Of a stretch of DNA of 64,000 nucleotides, positions 1-12,070 are shown piece by piece. The notes under the pieces are model-generated. The model was not told the DNA's origin and searched no databases. It was given only the letters and a program-made list of their open reading frames with translations. The translations under genes were made by a program, and so were the position numbers. The stretch is from Felis catus (lineage: Eukaryota). Within the stretch, counting starts at the first letter, position 1. Each line of letters begins with the position of its first letter. The stretch lies in assembly GCF_018350175.1 (NCBI RefSeq), contig NC_058368.1, forward strand, positions 186,250,001 to 186,314,000, written 5' to 3'.

Positions 1-1853
1 TTCTCCAATTTGTTAAAGGACCACTTTTTTTTTTAAGCACAAAAGTGAACATACTTCTTTGATCTATTCTGATTCTACTAACACTCAGCTGCATACTGAA
101 GATGGTTTTGATTTCTTTGCCACTTTGTAGACATCTCACTATACCAAGATAAGAGTACAGAGTCTACTCATCTCTTCATATCTGTGATCAAGAAGATTTC
201 CATTCTCACAAGGCCCACTTTTCCTGGAATTGAGAAGATGCTGAGAAACAGCCCACTGTGGTGTTTAGCATTACGCTTGCTTGGAACATTGTGACTGAAG
301 CCAGTATCATCTTCACTGATTTACTACCATTGATACTAAAGAGCCAATGGCTGCAACTTCAATAAAAACCTGCACAGTCCTGATTTCAGAGTCCTTTCTG
401 TGGGAGGTCATTACAACTTTAGGATTCCTTATCATCCCTAAAATGAAAACAGCTACAACAGTGCATACCCAACCTCAAGAGTTTTTGTAACAACCTTCTA
501 CCACACCAACTTCTGAGGAGATTCTGAACTTTTGAACAACCCCTCCTCTGAAGTATCAAGTGTTTACTTTGCAACTTTTGTGGAAGATCTGTAAAATATT
601 TCTACATGAGATTCCTAGATTACCATTTTTTTTATCAGTATCTTCCTCTTGAGGTAGTTGGAAGTAGATTATCTTCTTTATTGTAATAGTGGTGTTGTTA
701 TCATTTCTATCCCACCCACAACTCCCATCACCTCCACCCTGCTAACTAGATTTCTGGGAAGAATCAGTCAATGTGTGAAGAATTAGAACTCAAGTTCATC
801 CACGCTGCTTTTGCCCACCATCTGTATTTCTTTACAAAGACTGCTGCCTCAGACTTTATTCCTTTAGGAAAATTTTTCCTTTCAAACATGAAATATATCA
901 CCTCATCAAGAAAAGGTATCCAAGAACCTCTACTCAAAAGGATTTTTGGCAGAAGGTATCACTACCCATCAGATAATGGCAGAGGCTGCGTATACAATGG
1001 GGGGCAAGGGGGATATGTGATTTTGTTGGATATCCACTCTATTTGATGAATATTTTAATTAGAAAGCAATGATTAGATGACTTAAAAGTATATTACATGA
1101 AAGTCTACTTATGGAAAAGTATAAAAGTATATTTTGTTCATTTTTATTTGGTCTCCACCTAGTTCCCAAAGAGAATTAGGAGTGGCTACTGGTATATACT
1201 CTGTTTTATTAATTATTCTAAGTTTTGTTGATGTCCTTATATGAAACGAAAGGACATTATTACACATAGTACTTTCTCTTTTACTCAAATTAAATTCAAT
1301 TTTTTTTATTTCTGGAAAAGTAATATATTCAATGAGATGAAAAGGCAGTAATAGACAGTTTGGGAATTGGAAAGAGAAAGAGCCATGTGTGGCTCAGTCT
1401 TTGTTTTTCACAAATGGAGAAGAAAGCACTGAGATAAAAATCATGGTAGTGAACCTTTAAAATATTTACAAAGCAAACCTTTTCAAGAATTATAGGCATG
1501 TCCTCACGCCTAGGAAACATCCTGACTACAGCCCTATAAAATTAGTAGGAATCACAAAATCTCACAGATCCTGAGATCAGTTTCTTGAAAGATGATTCTT
1601 AGAGAGCATTTAATCCAGTGCTTGTATGTCACAGTAAGAAAACAAAAATTCCAGAGCATGAAAGCAACTTTTCCAATGTCACATAGTAATCGGGGCTAAC
1701 TGGAGCTTTTTGAAACCTACTTCAAAATTATTACTGTATGGTGTGCTCCCAGGCAATGTATTCTGGGGGGAAAGCCCTGGGCTAGGACTCTACTTTTATC
1801 CCTTTCACAAAGTAGATAGGTGTGCCTGTAATTTAGGACACATTTATTAAACT

Positions 1854-2089
1854 GTTTGTTTGTTTGTTTGTTTGTTTGTTTGTTTGTTTGTTTTGAGACA
1901 GACAGAGAGAGAGAGAGAGAGAGAGATCTCGCAAGCAGGGGAGGGCCAGACAGAGAGTGGGACAGAGGATCCGAAGCAGGCTCTGCACAGGGAGTGGAAA
2001 GCCAGATACAAGGCTCAAACTCATGAACCATGAGATCATGACCTGGGCTAAAGGCAGACGCTTAACGGGTTGAGCCACCCAGGTGCCTC
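1854..2089 (-). mobile_element. CAN-SINE (feliform, tRNA-derived) with tail turned into (AAAC)n
   Basis: The reverse complement begins GAGGCACCTGGGTGGCTCA...CAGGTCATGATCTCATGGTTCATGAGTTTGAGCC, followed by a (CT)n tract and the tail. Confidence 0.95.
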
Positions 2090-3049
2090 TACAACATCTA
2101 TTTTCTGAATTTTTGTTAGATGACACAATCTTGATTTTTAAGAATCGAACAAAACCTCTTAATGTAACAACATTTGAACCAATGTCTGAGATCAAACACT
2201 AAAAGATACCTTGCTTTAGAAGCTAAATGTGACATAATTCAGATCGGATTTATAAAACTAGGTAGAGCATTTTATGTAATTACTTCTTTTAAGGAAAAGA
2301 GACTTGACAACACCTTATTTCAAATAATAAAAAAAAAAGGCTTTTATTTTATTCAGTTGTGGTTCCATCAGTTAAAAGATTAAAGAAACTTTCTTAGGTT
2401 TCTGGAAATACTTAGTAACCCAGTTTCGTAAGATCCCATCACATCCCAGCAGGATACATGTTTGAGAGCTCTTCGATATAAAAGTTTAGACCAGGGAAAA
2501 AGAAGAGCCAATCTAGTGGAAGAGAAGCATTCTCTTTTGTGGAGTTTTACCTTTAGTAATTAAATTAATCAAATAGATATTTTTCATTTTTCTTCCACAA
2601 AATACACATTTAAAGACCATTCAAATATAAATTGCTCTCACAATCATGCTAATTGGCTCTCTGGTAATTCAAGAGATAACTTCTTGATGAAGAAAATAGT
2701 GATGAGCTCTCAAGGGAACGTAAGGAAATTTGATTTTTAAGAGTAGTCCTACTTATAGTTTGTTCAAGTTACAAATAAGTAGAAAACACTTTAAAATGGA
2801 AGCTTGAGAAGGGTTCCTGAAAGGGATAGTAATGCTGATATTCATCATCTCTAATCCTCAGGGTAAAAAGGAGGGAAACCTCTGAATTACAAGCTTACAA
2901 ATTGAGTAAGAAGACAAACTCAGATAATAAGATAAAGCTCTATGTCCCACTTAGCTTCACATTTATGGTTTTCCCAAAATGTAAAGACTTTGTAATTGCT
3001 CATATTTCATTATTGTGTGTGAAAAAGAAAGACCATTTTCCACCTCTGC

Positions 3050-3547
3050 GCTGCAAAAAGAAATGCTTAGCATTTACAGAGCAGAGAAGTAGAAATGTTC
3101 CTGGAATCTAGGAGCCTGGTAGTCTCAGCTGGTTGCCCAATGTGGCTGATTCTTTGCAGCAGAACCTCCATTTGTTTGGATATTCACTCTCACATGGTTC
3201 AGAAAAAAAATAGAGGAGAATTATCATAGGTCTCCAACTCCTTAGTAGTGATTGATTAGGTGTGAATGCATGACCCAATCCTGACCAAAGGGATAGACAG
3301 GTAAACCTCTCAATGTGGCTTCCCAGGCAAACAAACAAATAAAATGATGCAAGAGTAGAAATATTTATTTTTTTCACTAGATATGGCCAAATGTCAAGAT
3401 GATAACACAAAACTGCTATAAATATCTCTCAACCGTAAGTAAAAACATTTCCAACTTGCAAAGGATAACAGATTACTAATATACCAAGCATCTTGGTCCA
3501 TGATGATATGCTGACTTGCAAAACCAATTCTGGACTCAACCTTTGGC
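3050..3547 (+). mobile_element. Old MaLR (MLT1-type) LTR, interrupted by a younger LTR and apparently resuming at ~4071
   Basis: TGATTGATTAGGTGTGAATGCATGACCCAATCCTGACCAA is an MLT1-like motif. The continuation ACTTCCTGTTGTGTGAG follows 4070. Confidence 0.5.
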
Positions 3548-4070
3548 TGAGCACGGAGAGAAAATTTTCCTTGGGTCTCTTGCATTCCTGCATATCTGTA
3601 CTGTAAGGAACGGTTCTGATTGCCTTTGTCTCTGACTACATTTTCAAGGATGTTTGTATAATGAAGAAGCTTGGAAGATAGAGATAGTGTCTCCCTGTGT
3701 AACACAGAGGCAGTTTGTTTAGTTTTCAGCATGATAAAGTTAATGTTTGCCTCCAAGACAAAGTGTAGGCAAGCTTACAACCAATTAAATGAAAAAAAGA
3801 TTCTGGTTTCCTGAGTTTAGAGTTCTTCTCTTGTACAATGCAACCAACTTTATGTGCAGGTGTCACCTGGTCCTTTTCACTTCCATACGGAAATGAGTCT
3901 CATGGAACTAGTGCAAAAACTGGTACTCTGGCTGTTGTTACTGTTTTGAGTAATAAAGCGTTTGTATCTGACCCAGAGTCTTGTGTTCATATGTACTCCT
4001 GAAACTATTACAAGATAATTATTTTAGCCACAGGTAGAGTAAAATCTCAGACCATTCACATTTATTGACA
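3548..4070 (+). mobile_element. Solo ERV LTR (probably ERV1 class; family not pinned down)
   Basis: TG...CA termini (ends ATTTATTGACA), AATAAA at ~3952, and the LTR-like motifs GAGATAGTGTCTCCCT and GTAAAATCTCAGACC. Confidence 0.7.
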
Positions 4071-4752
4071 CTAAACTTCCTGTTGTGTGAGGTTATATAT
4101 ATACCCAATAATTAATCTCTTTTTAATGGGATACTCTATGGGTAAAATAATTCATCAAGGTATCATCACAATACTGTGTATTTTTGGAAGAGGAGAGCAA
4201 AATATTCTCTAGGTGTACGTTTCATGTTATCCCAAAGTCCATGGCATGATACAGTGAAGTTGGAAGAACTGGATACTTCTAAGATCTTAGGAAACTATTT
4301 GATCCTTTGGATTAAGTATTCTTTTTCATTAAATGGTGACAGTAAATATGCTCTACCTACATATGCTCTTATGTAAGCATTGTGCTTTGCAGAATATACA
4401 TATAGTTGCTTTAGTAGATCAAAAAGTCATAAAATTTCATCTGACTATTCTCTAGAAATAAACAGAACTGTTTATATAATTAGTATTGCAGTACAACATG
4501 TTTTATAACTAGGTTGTTATTGCAGTACAACTAGGTTTTATAAATGGCAGATATCTTAAATTCTACAATAAATACCTTTAATTTAAATTTTTGGGGGGTA
4601 GAACTGCAAAGAGATCATCTTAGGTACAAGTGTAAAGTCATTTCTTTAGATAACTCACATTTAAATATGTAACCCAAAAGCAACCAGGAAGAGCTATGTA
4701 CGTTCCCTCTTCTCTTCCTTTCTTTTTCCTTGTTGGTAGAAGATGGACTATC

Positions 4753-4976
4753 TTTTTTTTAATGTTTATTTATTTTTGGGAGAGAAAGAGATAGAGAGAA
4801 AGAGAGCAAGTGGGTGAGGGGCAGAGAGACAGAGAGAGGGAGACACAGAATCCAAAGCAGGCTCCAGGCTCTCAGCTGCCAGCACAGAGCCTGATGTGGG
4901 GCTGGAACTCACGAACTGTGAGATCATGACCTGAGCCAAAGTTGGATGCTTAACTGACTGAGCCACCCAGGACCGC
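4753..4976 (-). mobile_element. CAN-SINE
   Basis: T-rich tail, (GA)n, GAATCCAAAGCAGGCTCCAGGCTCT...ACTGAGCCACCCAGG. Confidence 0.96.
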
Positions 4977-5439
4977 ATAAGTGGATTCATTAAAGAATCA
5001 TTTGCAAAGTACCCTTCAGTGAACAGAAATTCTGTTAAAAATTCTTTATCATTTTTCTTTCCTTTTCCTTCACTGGGTAGAAGAGAACATTGGGCAATGT
5101 TCTGGAATGGTAGGTAGAGAGGGAGGGTCGGGGAACTGGACAGAGGTATGGAATGGCAGGGTTGATGGTGCTCAGGGATTCAGGGCAGACTAGAATATGT
5201 GATGACCAACATGGGATTAACGACAGGAAGGTTAGAGATAACAGAAGAGATGGCTGGCTGGCTAGAGTTCAGTTACAGTAAGCAAATAAGGAAATGTGTT
5301 GAGAATAATATGAAACCTCTGGAAACAAGAGAAGATGTTAACAAAGAAAGGTAAAATGATGGAAGGAAACATGAGGTGTGGGACTAAAATTATAGATTTT
5401 AGTATAGACTCATGATTTTGTAATATACATACACAGCTA

Positions 5440-6420
5440 TATGTGTAATAGTTGCAGTTGTATATGCATTATATACATGCACTTCCAAGCTCTGTCCATT
5501 GATAGGGCAATGCTACTCCTGTAACAATAAGTATGGTGAGTGCCAAGACACTGCTTTTCTAAATGCTGACCTCACTAAAAGAAACCAGTTGCCATTTGGC
5601 AACTATCAGAGATCATGGTTAATTAAGTAGATGTTATCAATAGACACTAAAGTCATTTGGTGGTGGTTTGATGAAGAATGGGTTTGTAGAATCAGTCTGA
5701 AATATCTCCCTACATGACTCTAGTCAATTAATCTGAGAAAATGGTGACTGTAGAGTGGAAAAATTTGGTAAAGGCCAGTATTACCAGCTAATTCAGTTAA
5801 AGTCACCAAATGAAGGATTGTTCCGCAAATGTCTCCTGAGGTGACCCACCAAGAAGCATGCAACAAAATTTTTGTGGAATGCCTGCCAAAAGTGCATGAG
5901 CTGGATCAAGACAAGAAGAATCATCACACAGGCCCAGGTTGCAGGTCATGCTATATAGAATGCAAGGCCTCCTCCTTTTAAACTTGTCACAGACACAAAA
6001 GACAGGAAAACACTGAGGGACTGAAACAGGATGGAAGAATCAGGAGACGTAACAATCAAATGCCATATGGTACCTTGGATAGGAACCAGAACCAGAATGG
6101 AAAAGTTTTAACTTTTGGGGCAACTGACAAAATTTGAATGAGAACTTGGGCTTGAATGGTCATATTATACTAATTTTAAATTCCTGATTTAGAGGGTTAT
6201 ATGATATTCGAGAAAGTATGCTTGTTTGGTGAACAGAAATATTGTATTGTTTGGAGTGATGAGACACTATGTCCACATCTTATTCTTGAAACTTCAGGAA
6301 TAGATAAAGGATAATGGCTATATATTTATATACAGAGATATAGATTGGGAGACAAACAAATGTGGCAAAATTTAACAAATGGATTATCTGGTATATATAT
6401 ACTGATATTAAAGTGTACAT
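5440..6420 (+). mobile_element. Ancient L1M 3'UTR (L1MC/L1MD-like), degraded
   Basis: AGCTCTGTCCATTGATAGGGCAATG...CTAAAAGAAACCAG and GACGTAACAATCAAATGCCATATGGTACCTTGGATAGGAACC resemble the L1MC/MD 3'UTR consensus. Confidence 0.7.
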
Positions 6421-7669
6421 GACTATTAGAAAAAATGTAATTATTTCCACTTGAATTTAAGGTGGGTATTCAATGCATCATTTATGAGTCAACAAATATT
6501 GGGATTCTGCATTGTTCGCCCCAGTATTTTGGGTGCAAGATTTACAGAGGGAACAAAGATTCTGCCAATGACTATATAGACTCTAGTGGAATTCACATAA
6601 CCATGGAGGTCTGTGATGTCTTTTTTGAAGTATTTACTTCATTACAACATTATTTTCATTTATGCTATTTTTAGACATTTCAGTGGCCTTGTGAAAGGAG
6701 GTGAGGAAATCTGAGCAGAAAATTATAATATTCAACAGGATAATAAGTATATCCACCAAAGCCTGTACTTTACAGCAAATGTACTCTATTTCCTAATTTC
6801 TGGGATCTTGAATCTAGAAAGTATGTCATTTCCATTATTGTTACCAGAATTATGAATAGAGGTTTTTGTTTTTGTTTTTTGTTTTGTAATTTTGTCAAGG
6901 ACTTTAGCAAATATGATATTGTTTTCAAGGCTGAAAGCAGTCTGGTAGTGAACTGCCTCCTCAAATAACAAATACTATATTTCTTCCCTTCCAGCTCCCA
7001 GTTCCTTACATTTCAAAGGTCAGAAGTATTTTGAATAAAATAGTAAAGACCAAAAATCTTTATAAATTGTGGTGGAGGCCCTCCGTGGAAATCTTATTTT
7101 TAAAGTGCTTATATCTAAACAATAAAGAAGGTAGTATCTACGATGTATTGACACGTTTCTTCCAAGTTCTATTAAACAGTAAAACTTTCATTGACTTTAA
7201 TTTATTCTTTATTCTGTACTATATCTATCATAAATATGGGCTTCCAAAACCATAAAAAATATTAAAAATTCTTAAGAATGTTGGCAATCTCACTAAGGAT
7301 CTATGTTTTACTTCCCTTTGTTTTGTTAAGCTGCAATACTTTTTGCCACTGGAATTTGACAAATGACTAATAATAATTATCCTGGTTTTCCTCTTATTGC
7401 ATATAGCAAATTTACTTTATTTGTACATGAATAGTAGTAATTCAGAATATCTGCATATATGAAAAGTAGATTGCAACCTAGAACATACTTGTCTAATGAC
7501 TAAACTGTCTCAAGCCCAGTGCTACTATACACATGAAACATAAAACAAATGAAAAGTAATGCCTCAACAGGAAACACATTTTGGTAACAAGTGAGTAAGA
7601 ATCCAATACAGAAATTTATTAACATATTCATAAATAAGGGGTAGAGAAAATGTACAGAAAAGTATGACT

Positions 7670-8000
7670 GTCTCCAATTAAGGAAGTACCAGGAATGGCT
7701 TTCTGGGGAAGAGGACAATAACCAAGATTTTAAGATTGAATAGAACTATATCAGACCAGAAAAACAAAAGCACCCAAAGATATGGAAGCATAGGAAAATA
7801 ATAGAATGTAATGAATATATTCAGAATGGCTTTGGCACAGAGTACGGGCGTGTGTGAGATGGATGAGCAGGACCGCTTGTAAATGTGAGATTGGAGAGGG
7901 ATTTAGGGACCAGATCATGAAGAACTTTAAATGTCTTCATTTTATCCTGCAAAATAAAAAAAAAATTGGGAGCTAATAAGGAACATTAGGTGGAAGAATC
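7670..8000 (-). mobile_element. L2 LINE fragment
   Basis: GGCTTTCTGGGGAAGAGGACA...GGACCAGATCATGAAGAACTTT...TTTTATCCTG is a typical antisense L2 3' region. Confidence 0.6.
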
Positions 8001-8389
8001 ACATGTTCCTAGAAAAAAATTAAAAAATCATATTTAACAATTGTATAGTATACAGAAATAAAATGCATCTTAACAATAGAAAATATATTAAGTCACTGTC
8101 ATACACTGAATATTTTACATATGGAATTATATGTAGTAGAGTGTTCCATTCACATTAGAGTTGCCATCTGTACAGTAGGGTCTCATTCCATTAAAATTTG
8201 CTCATGGAACAGGGCAGAGAGCCAGACAGAGAAAGAAGGAGATGTATCATTTGGTGTTCAGAGACTTGGGATGCTATCATTAACTTCAGTGTCACCATGT
8301 GCCTAGTCCTATGCAAAATCATCCTTTCTCCCATCTCCTAAATCCAAAGGCAGTATGTAGGGTGTAAAGGTATATATGCATGTATATAT

Positions 8390-8760
8390 TTGCCCATTCC
8401 TAGTTCATTCTCCACATAACAGCTAGAGTGACTTCAAAAATTCAAATCAGATCATCTTACTCTTCTGGCTTAAAACTTTCAGTGGCTTTCTACCACATTT
8501 GGAATAAAATGTGAATTCCTTTACATAACCTAGAGCATCATGTAGGATCTAGACCTTACCTACTTCTCAAACACTCTCCTTGTAAATCACTCACTGATTT
8601 CCAACCATGCTGGTATTTTTTCAGCTTGTAGAATATCCATGTTATTTCCTAACATATGGGCTTTTGAACTTATGAATTTTTTTGCACAAGATATCTTCTC
8701 TATTAGCAGAGTGGCTGCTTTATATACTTTATGTTTAGATAAACCCCACTCAACTCTGAA
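8390..8760 (+). mobile_element. L2 LINE fragment
   Basis: CATTCTCCACATAACAGCTAGAGTGA...AAATCAGATCAT...CTTAAAACTTTCAGTGGCTTTCT matches the L2 pattern. Confidence 0.7.
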
Positions 8761-9586
8761 AGGCAAATCCATATGCTTCAAACCAATATTACACAATGTT
8801 GCTCTTCATGGCCCTGATGACATTAAAAGTTGGAAACAAGATGGAAACAGTTGGCACAATGGGATACCCACAGGGTTTGGACTCAAATCTACAGTTAAGA
8901 TTCCAGTTGTACAACTTACCAGCTGTGAGTGTTTGGATAAATTCCTTACAAATCTCTTAGCCTCATTCATTCAATTTTGCATTCACAGATTCATTCATTT
9001 GTTCATTCAGGCACTGTTATAGACAATGGGGATTAAGCAGGGACCAAGACAGTTAATACTTCTGCATTTGTGATGTTTTCATTGATGATGAGGGATATAG
9101 GCTAATAATCTATAACTGAGCCACCCAACCACCCCTGTTAAGATCTTTTAAAAAGTTTTAAACCGCAATGGACTGTAGTCTGTCCAATAATGATAACTAC
9201 TGTCTTTGCAGAAAGGTCAGTGGATGGCTGTTCTTGAAAGTGGTAATACTCAAGGTTATTTATATTTCAACCATATCATCTACTTGTTAAGGATCACATG
9301 ATCTTGTTCAGCCCATGCCACCCCACTTTCCCTAAATACACTGGTGCTCATGTTAGCATTGCTTTGTAATGAATATCAAATGACTATTTGGGTTTATCCT
9401 TTTTTTTTTTTTTTAGGTTCTTAGATGACACCCTATTCCTTTATCCTTATTTCTCCAGCACTGATGCCAATACCATTCAGGTGTTGGGATTTTTAATGTT
9501 TTTTCTGTACCCATAGGGCATTTCCATGGAAATGTGTCCATGGAAAGAGTTTATCATCAAGGTTTGTGTAAATATTAACTATTGAT

Positions 9587-9803
9587 TTTGTTTGTTTTTT
9601 TATGTTTATTTATTTTTGAGAGAGAGAGAGAGAGAGAACAAGTGGGAGAGGGGCAGAAAGAGAGGGAGACACAGGATCGGAAGCAGGCTCCAGGGTCTGA
9701 GTGTCAGCACAGAGCCCAATTTGGGGCTCAAACCCCATGAGTGATGATATCATGACCTGAGCTGAAGTTGGATGCTTAACTATCTGAGCCACCCAGGTAC
9801 TCC
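9587..9803 (-). mobile_element. CAN-SINE
   Basis: TTTATTTATTTTTGAGAGAG...GAAGCAGGCTCCAGG...CTGAGCCACCCAGGTACTCC. Confidence 0.96.
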
Positions 9804-10866
9804 AATTTTACAGGTTTCTAAGTGCTATTTTTATAGTGAAGTGTGAAACAAACATCTAAATTTTGCTTTAGTCCAGCCCTAAGGACAGGAGTGCCATCTG
9901 CTGAATTATTGCTCACGTTTCCTATCTTGCCCAGATTAAAGTGTGAAGACATCAAATGTTGGAATAAGTTAATGTGGTGCTTAAGTGTCCCATAAGCCTC
10001 AAAGGCATGATGGACTGTTGGCAATTTTTAGTACAATTAAGCCACTAAATTTGTTGTCTTTAATAAATGTTTCATTAAATTTAAGTTTTTAATTATTTTG
10101 TGGTATTTTTCTTTTACAAGGTATCCTCAGAGATTTTCTATCTGGCTCTAAATTACATACAAGGGAAAAAAGATCTACCAAGGAATCATCTCAAAAATCA
10201 CTTGTTTAGGTTCTGTTGTTTTGCCTGTTTTTAAGTTACGGTTGTTTTTCCAAATAGATGCAACACATACTAAACCTAACATACTGAAAAGTTTAGTAAT
10301 TGAACACGGAAAAAATATAATGATAATCTCACTGTTCAAGTATGTCTGCCATTAATATTTAATTTCTCATTCTCTTTAACTTTTGTTGTCAATAGAAAAA
10401 TAAATACCCACATATAGAAATTAATCATTTTTTCCTCTTCATTAATGTCATAAAATAATGAACACTTCTGGAAATCCATATTCAAGTGAGTAAACACTGT
10501 GTCAATATGGCACTAAAGTTAATTCAATATCCCATAAACTGGATGGATTTACATTTGAAGCTGGTAGCAATTTAACAAAATGTTTTATTTAATTAATCTT
10601 TCATGATGCTTCTGGATTTTAAGGATACTTTACCAGAACTAGGTTCTTTCAAAAACTGAGTTACTATCATTTATAGTCCAGATTCATAACTTTTTTCAAG
10701 TGTGTAAATCGATTTGCTTAGTAAACACTATACCATTCAATATTTTTCAAATGGAAGTTTCAATTAAGTTTAATACATAAGTTCTAACTACTTGCCAAGG
10801 AAGATACACATTATCAAGTAGAGAACATTGCCCTTTTTTGTATGCCTATTATATTGTAAATAAGTT

Positions 10867-10891
10867 ACACACACACACACACACACACACA
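10867..10891. repeat. (CA)n microsatellite
   Basis: About 12 perfect units. Confidence 0.95.
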
Positions 10892-12070
10892 GCAGTGAAA
10901 TAATATGAGATTGCTTACATTTGGTGAAAATAAATAAGCCAAACAGAAACCTTGCTGTTCCCTTCATCTACAGCAGTACATGCTATGTGTTTCTGAGATC
11001 AGAAACAGGAAGTTTCTTGTCTGGAGTCCGTGATAATCTCTAAAGAGTCATTATTCACATGGTTTCTGGGCCTGTGGCACTATACTTCACACTGTATCCC
11101 TGTGTAGAATAATGAGGGACAGAAAAAGTAATTTTGCAGTATGAAGAATGGTTACTTAAGGAGTGAGCCAATGTTGGATTTAGAGACAAATGGATGAAAA
11201 TGAAAGAAGGATGTCAGGTGTATATGGTAAAGAGCCCCCTATATGTACTCTATTGTACACTCTGCACCTACTCTTTAGTGTAGGTAGTCAACAATATTTG
11301 TTGAATGAAGTAATGAGTCAGGTTTGAAATGTTCTCAGTGACTGGAAAGAAAAGCTGGCATTATTGATGGATATCACTTACATTGACCTGATGAAATTTT
11401 TCTCTAAAATACATGTGCCTGTAGAAAACGAGCACCCTCAACTCCTAGTAACAAAGGTAAATGTAAACTCAAGATTCAATGGCTATTTACCTGCAGGCTG
11501 CAGAGTTTGGACTATTGAATTGAAAAGGTGATTTGAATGTCTTTAATTTTCTGAGTATGTTTCCAGTTTTAAGTAAATAATACTTCAATGTCATAGCTTT
11601 TTCCTAATAGAGCCACTGTGTGGGAGGAAAGTGGGGATAAGGTCAGAAATGGAACCCAACTCAAGGAGAGACACTTTCCAACTTCTGCTCTTCTGATGAA
11701 GACTCTCCTGGCTCTAATTCGTTTCATTACAAAAGTCTTAAAAGATTTAAAGAAATTTCTAGTTTTGTTGGAAATAGTTTCTCACAATCTCTAAATAAAT
11801 TAATCCCCTTCAGTATTGCTATGACATGCTATTTCTGCTATGGTTACATTTTTTTTAAGCAGTAGAAGAAACTAAAAAAAAAAAAAAAAACAGACTCATT
11901 AGTTTAAATTCATTTAGTGAAAGAAAACTGCCTGAAGATTTTTTTTTTAAGTTTCCTTCCCTGAAGCAAATTTTTAACAGGAAATTTTATCTAAAAGTTT
12001 GCTATATTATAGCACATTGCAATTCCCTTATGCTTGATCCAAGACCACTTTAATAATCAAGAGACTGATA

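Noticed and set aside
4484..4543. Local direct repeat TATTGCAGTACAAC x2 (and a 14-bp duplication at ~27329-27358)
   Set aside because: These are ordinary slippage micro-duplications with only two copies.
10121..10210. + strand terminal-exon-like frame ILRDFLSGSKLHTREKRSTKESSQKSLV
   Set aside because: It has a non-preferred AAG acceptor and no recognisable homology.
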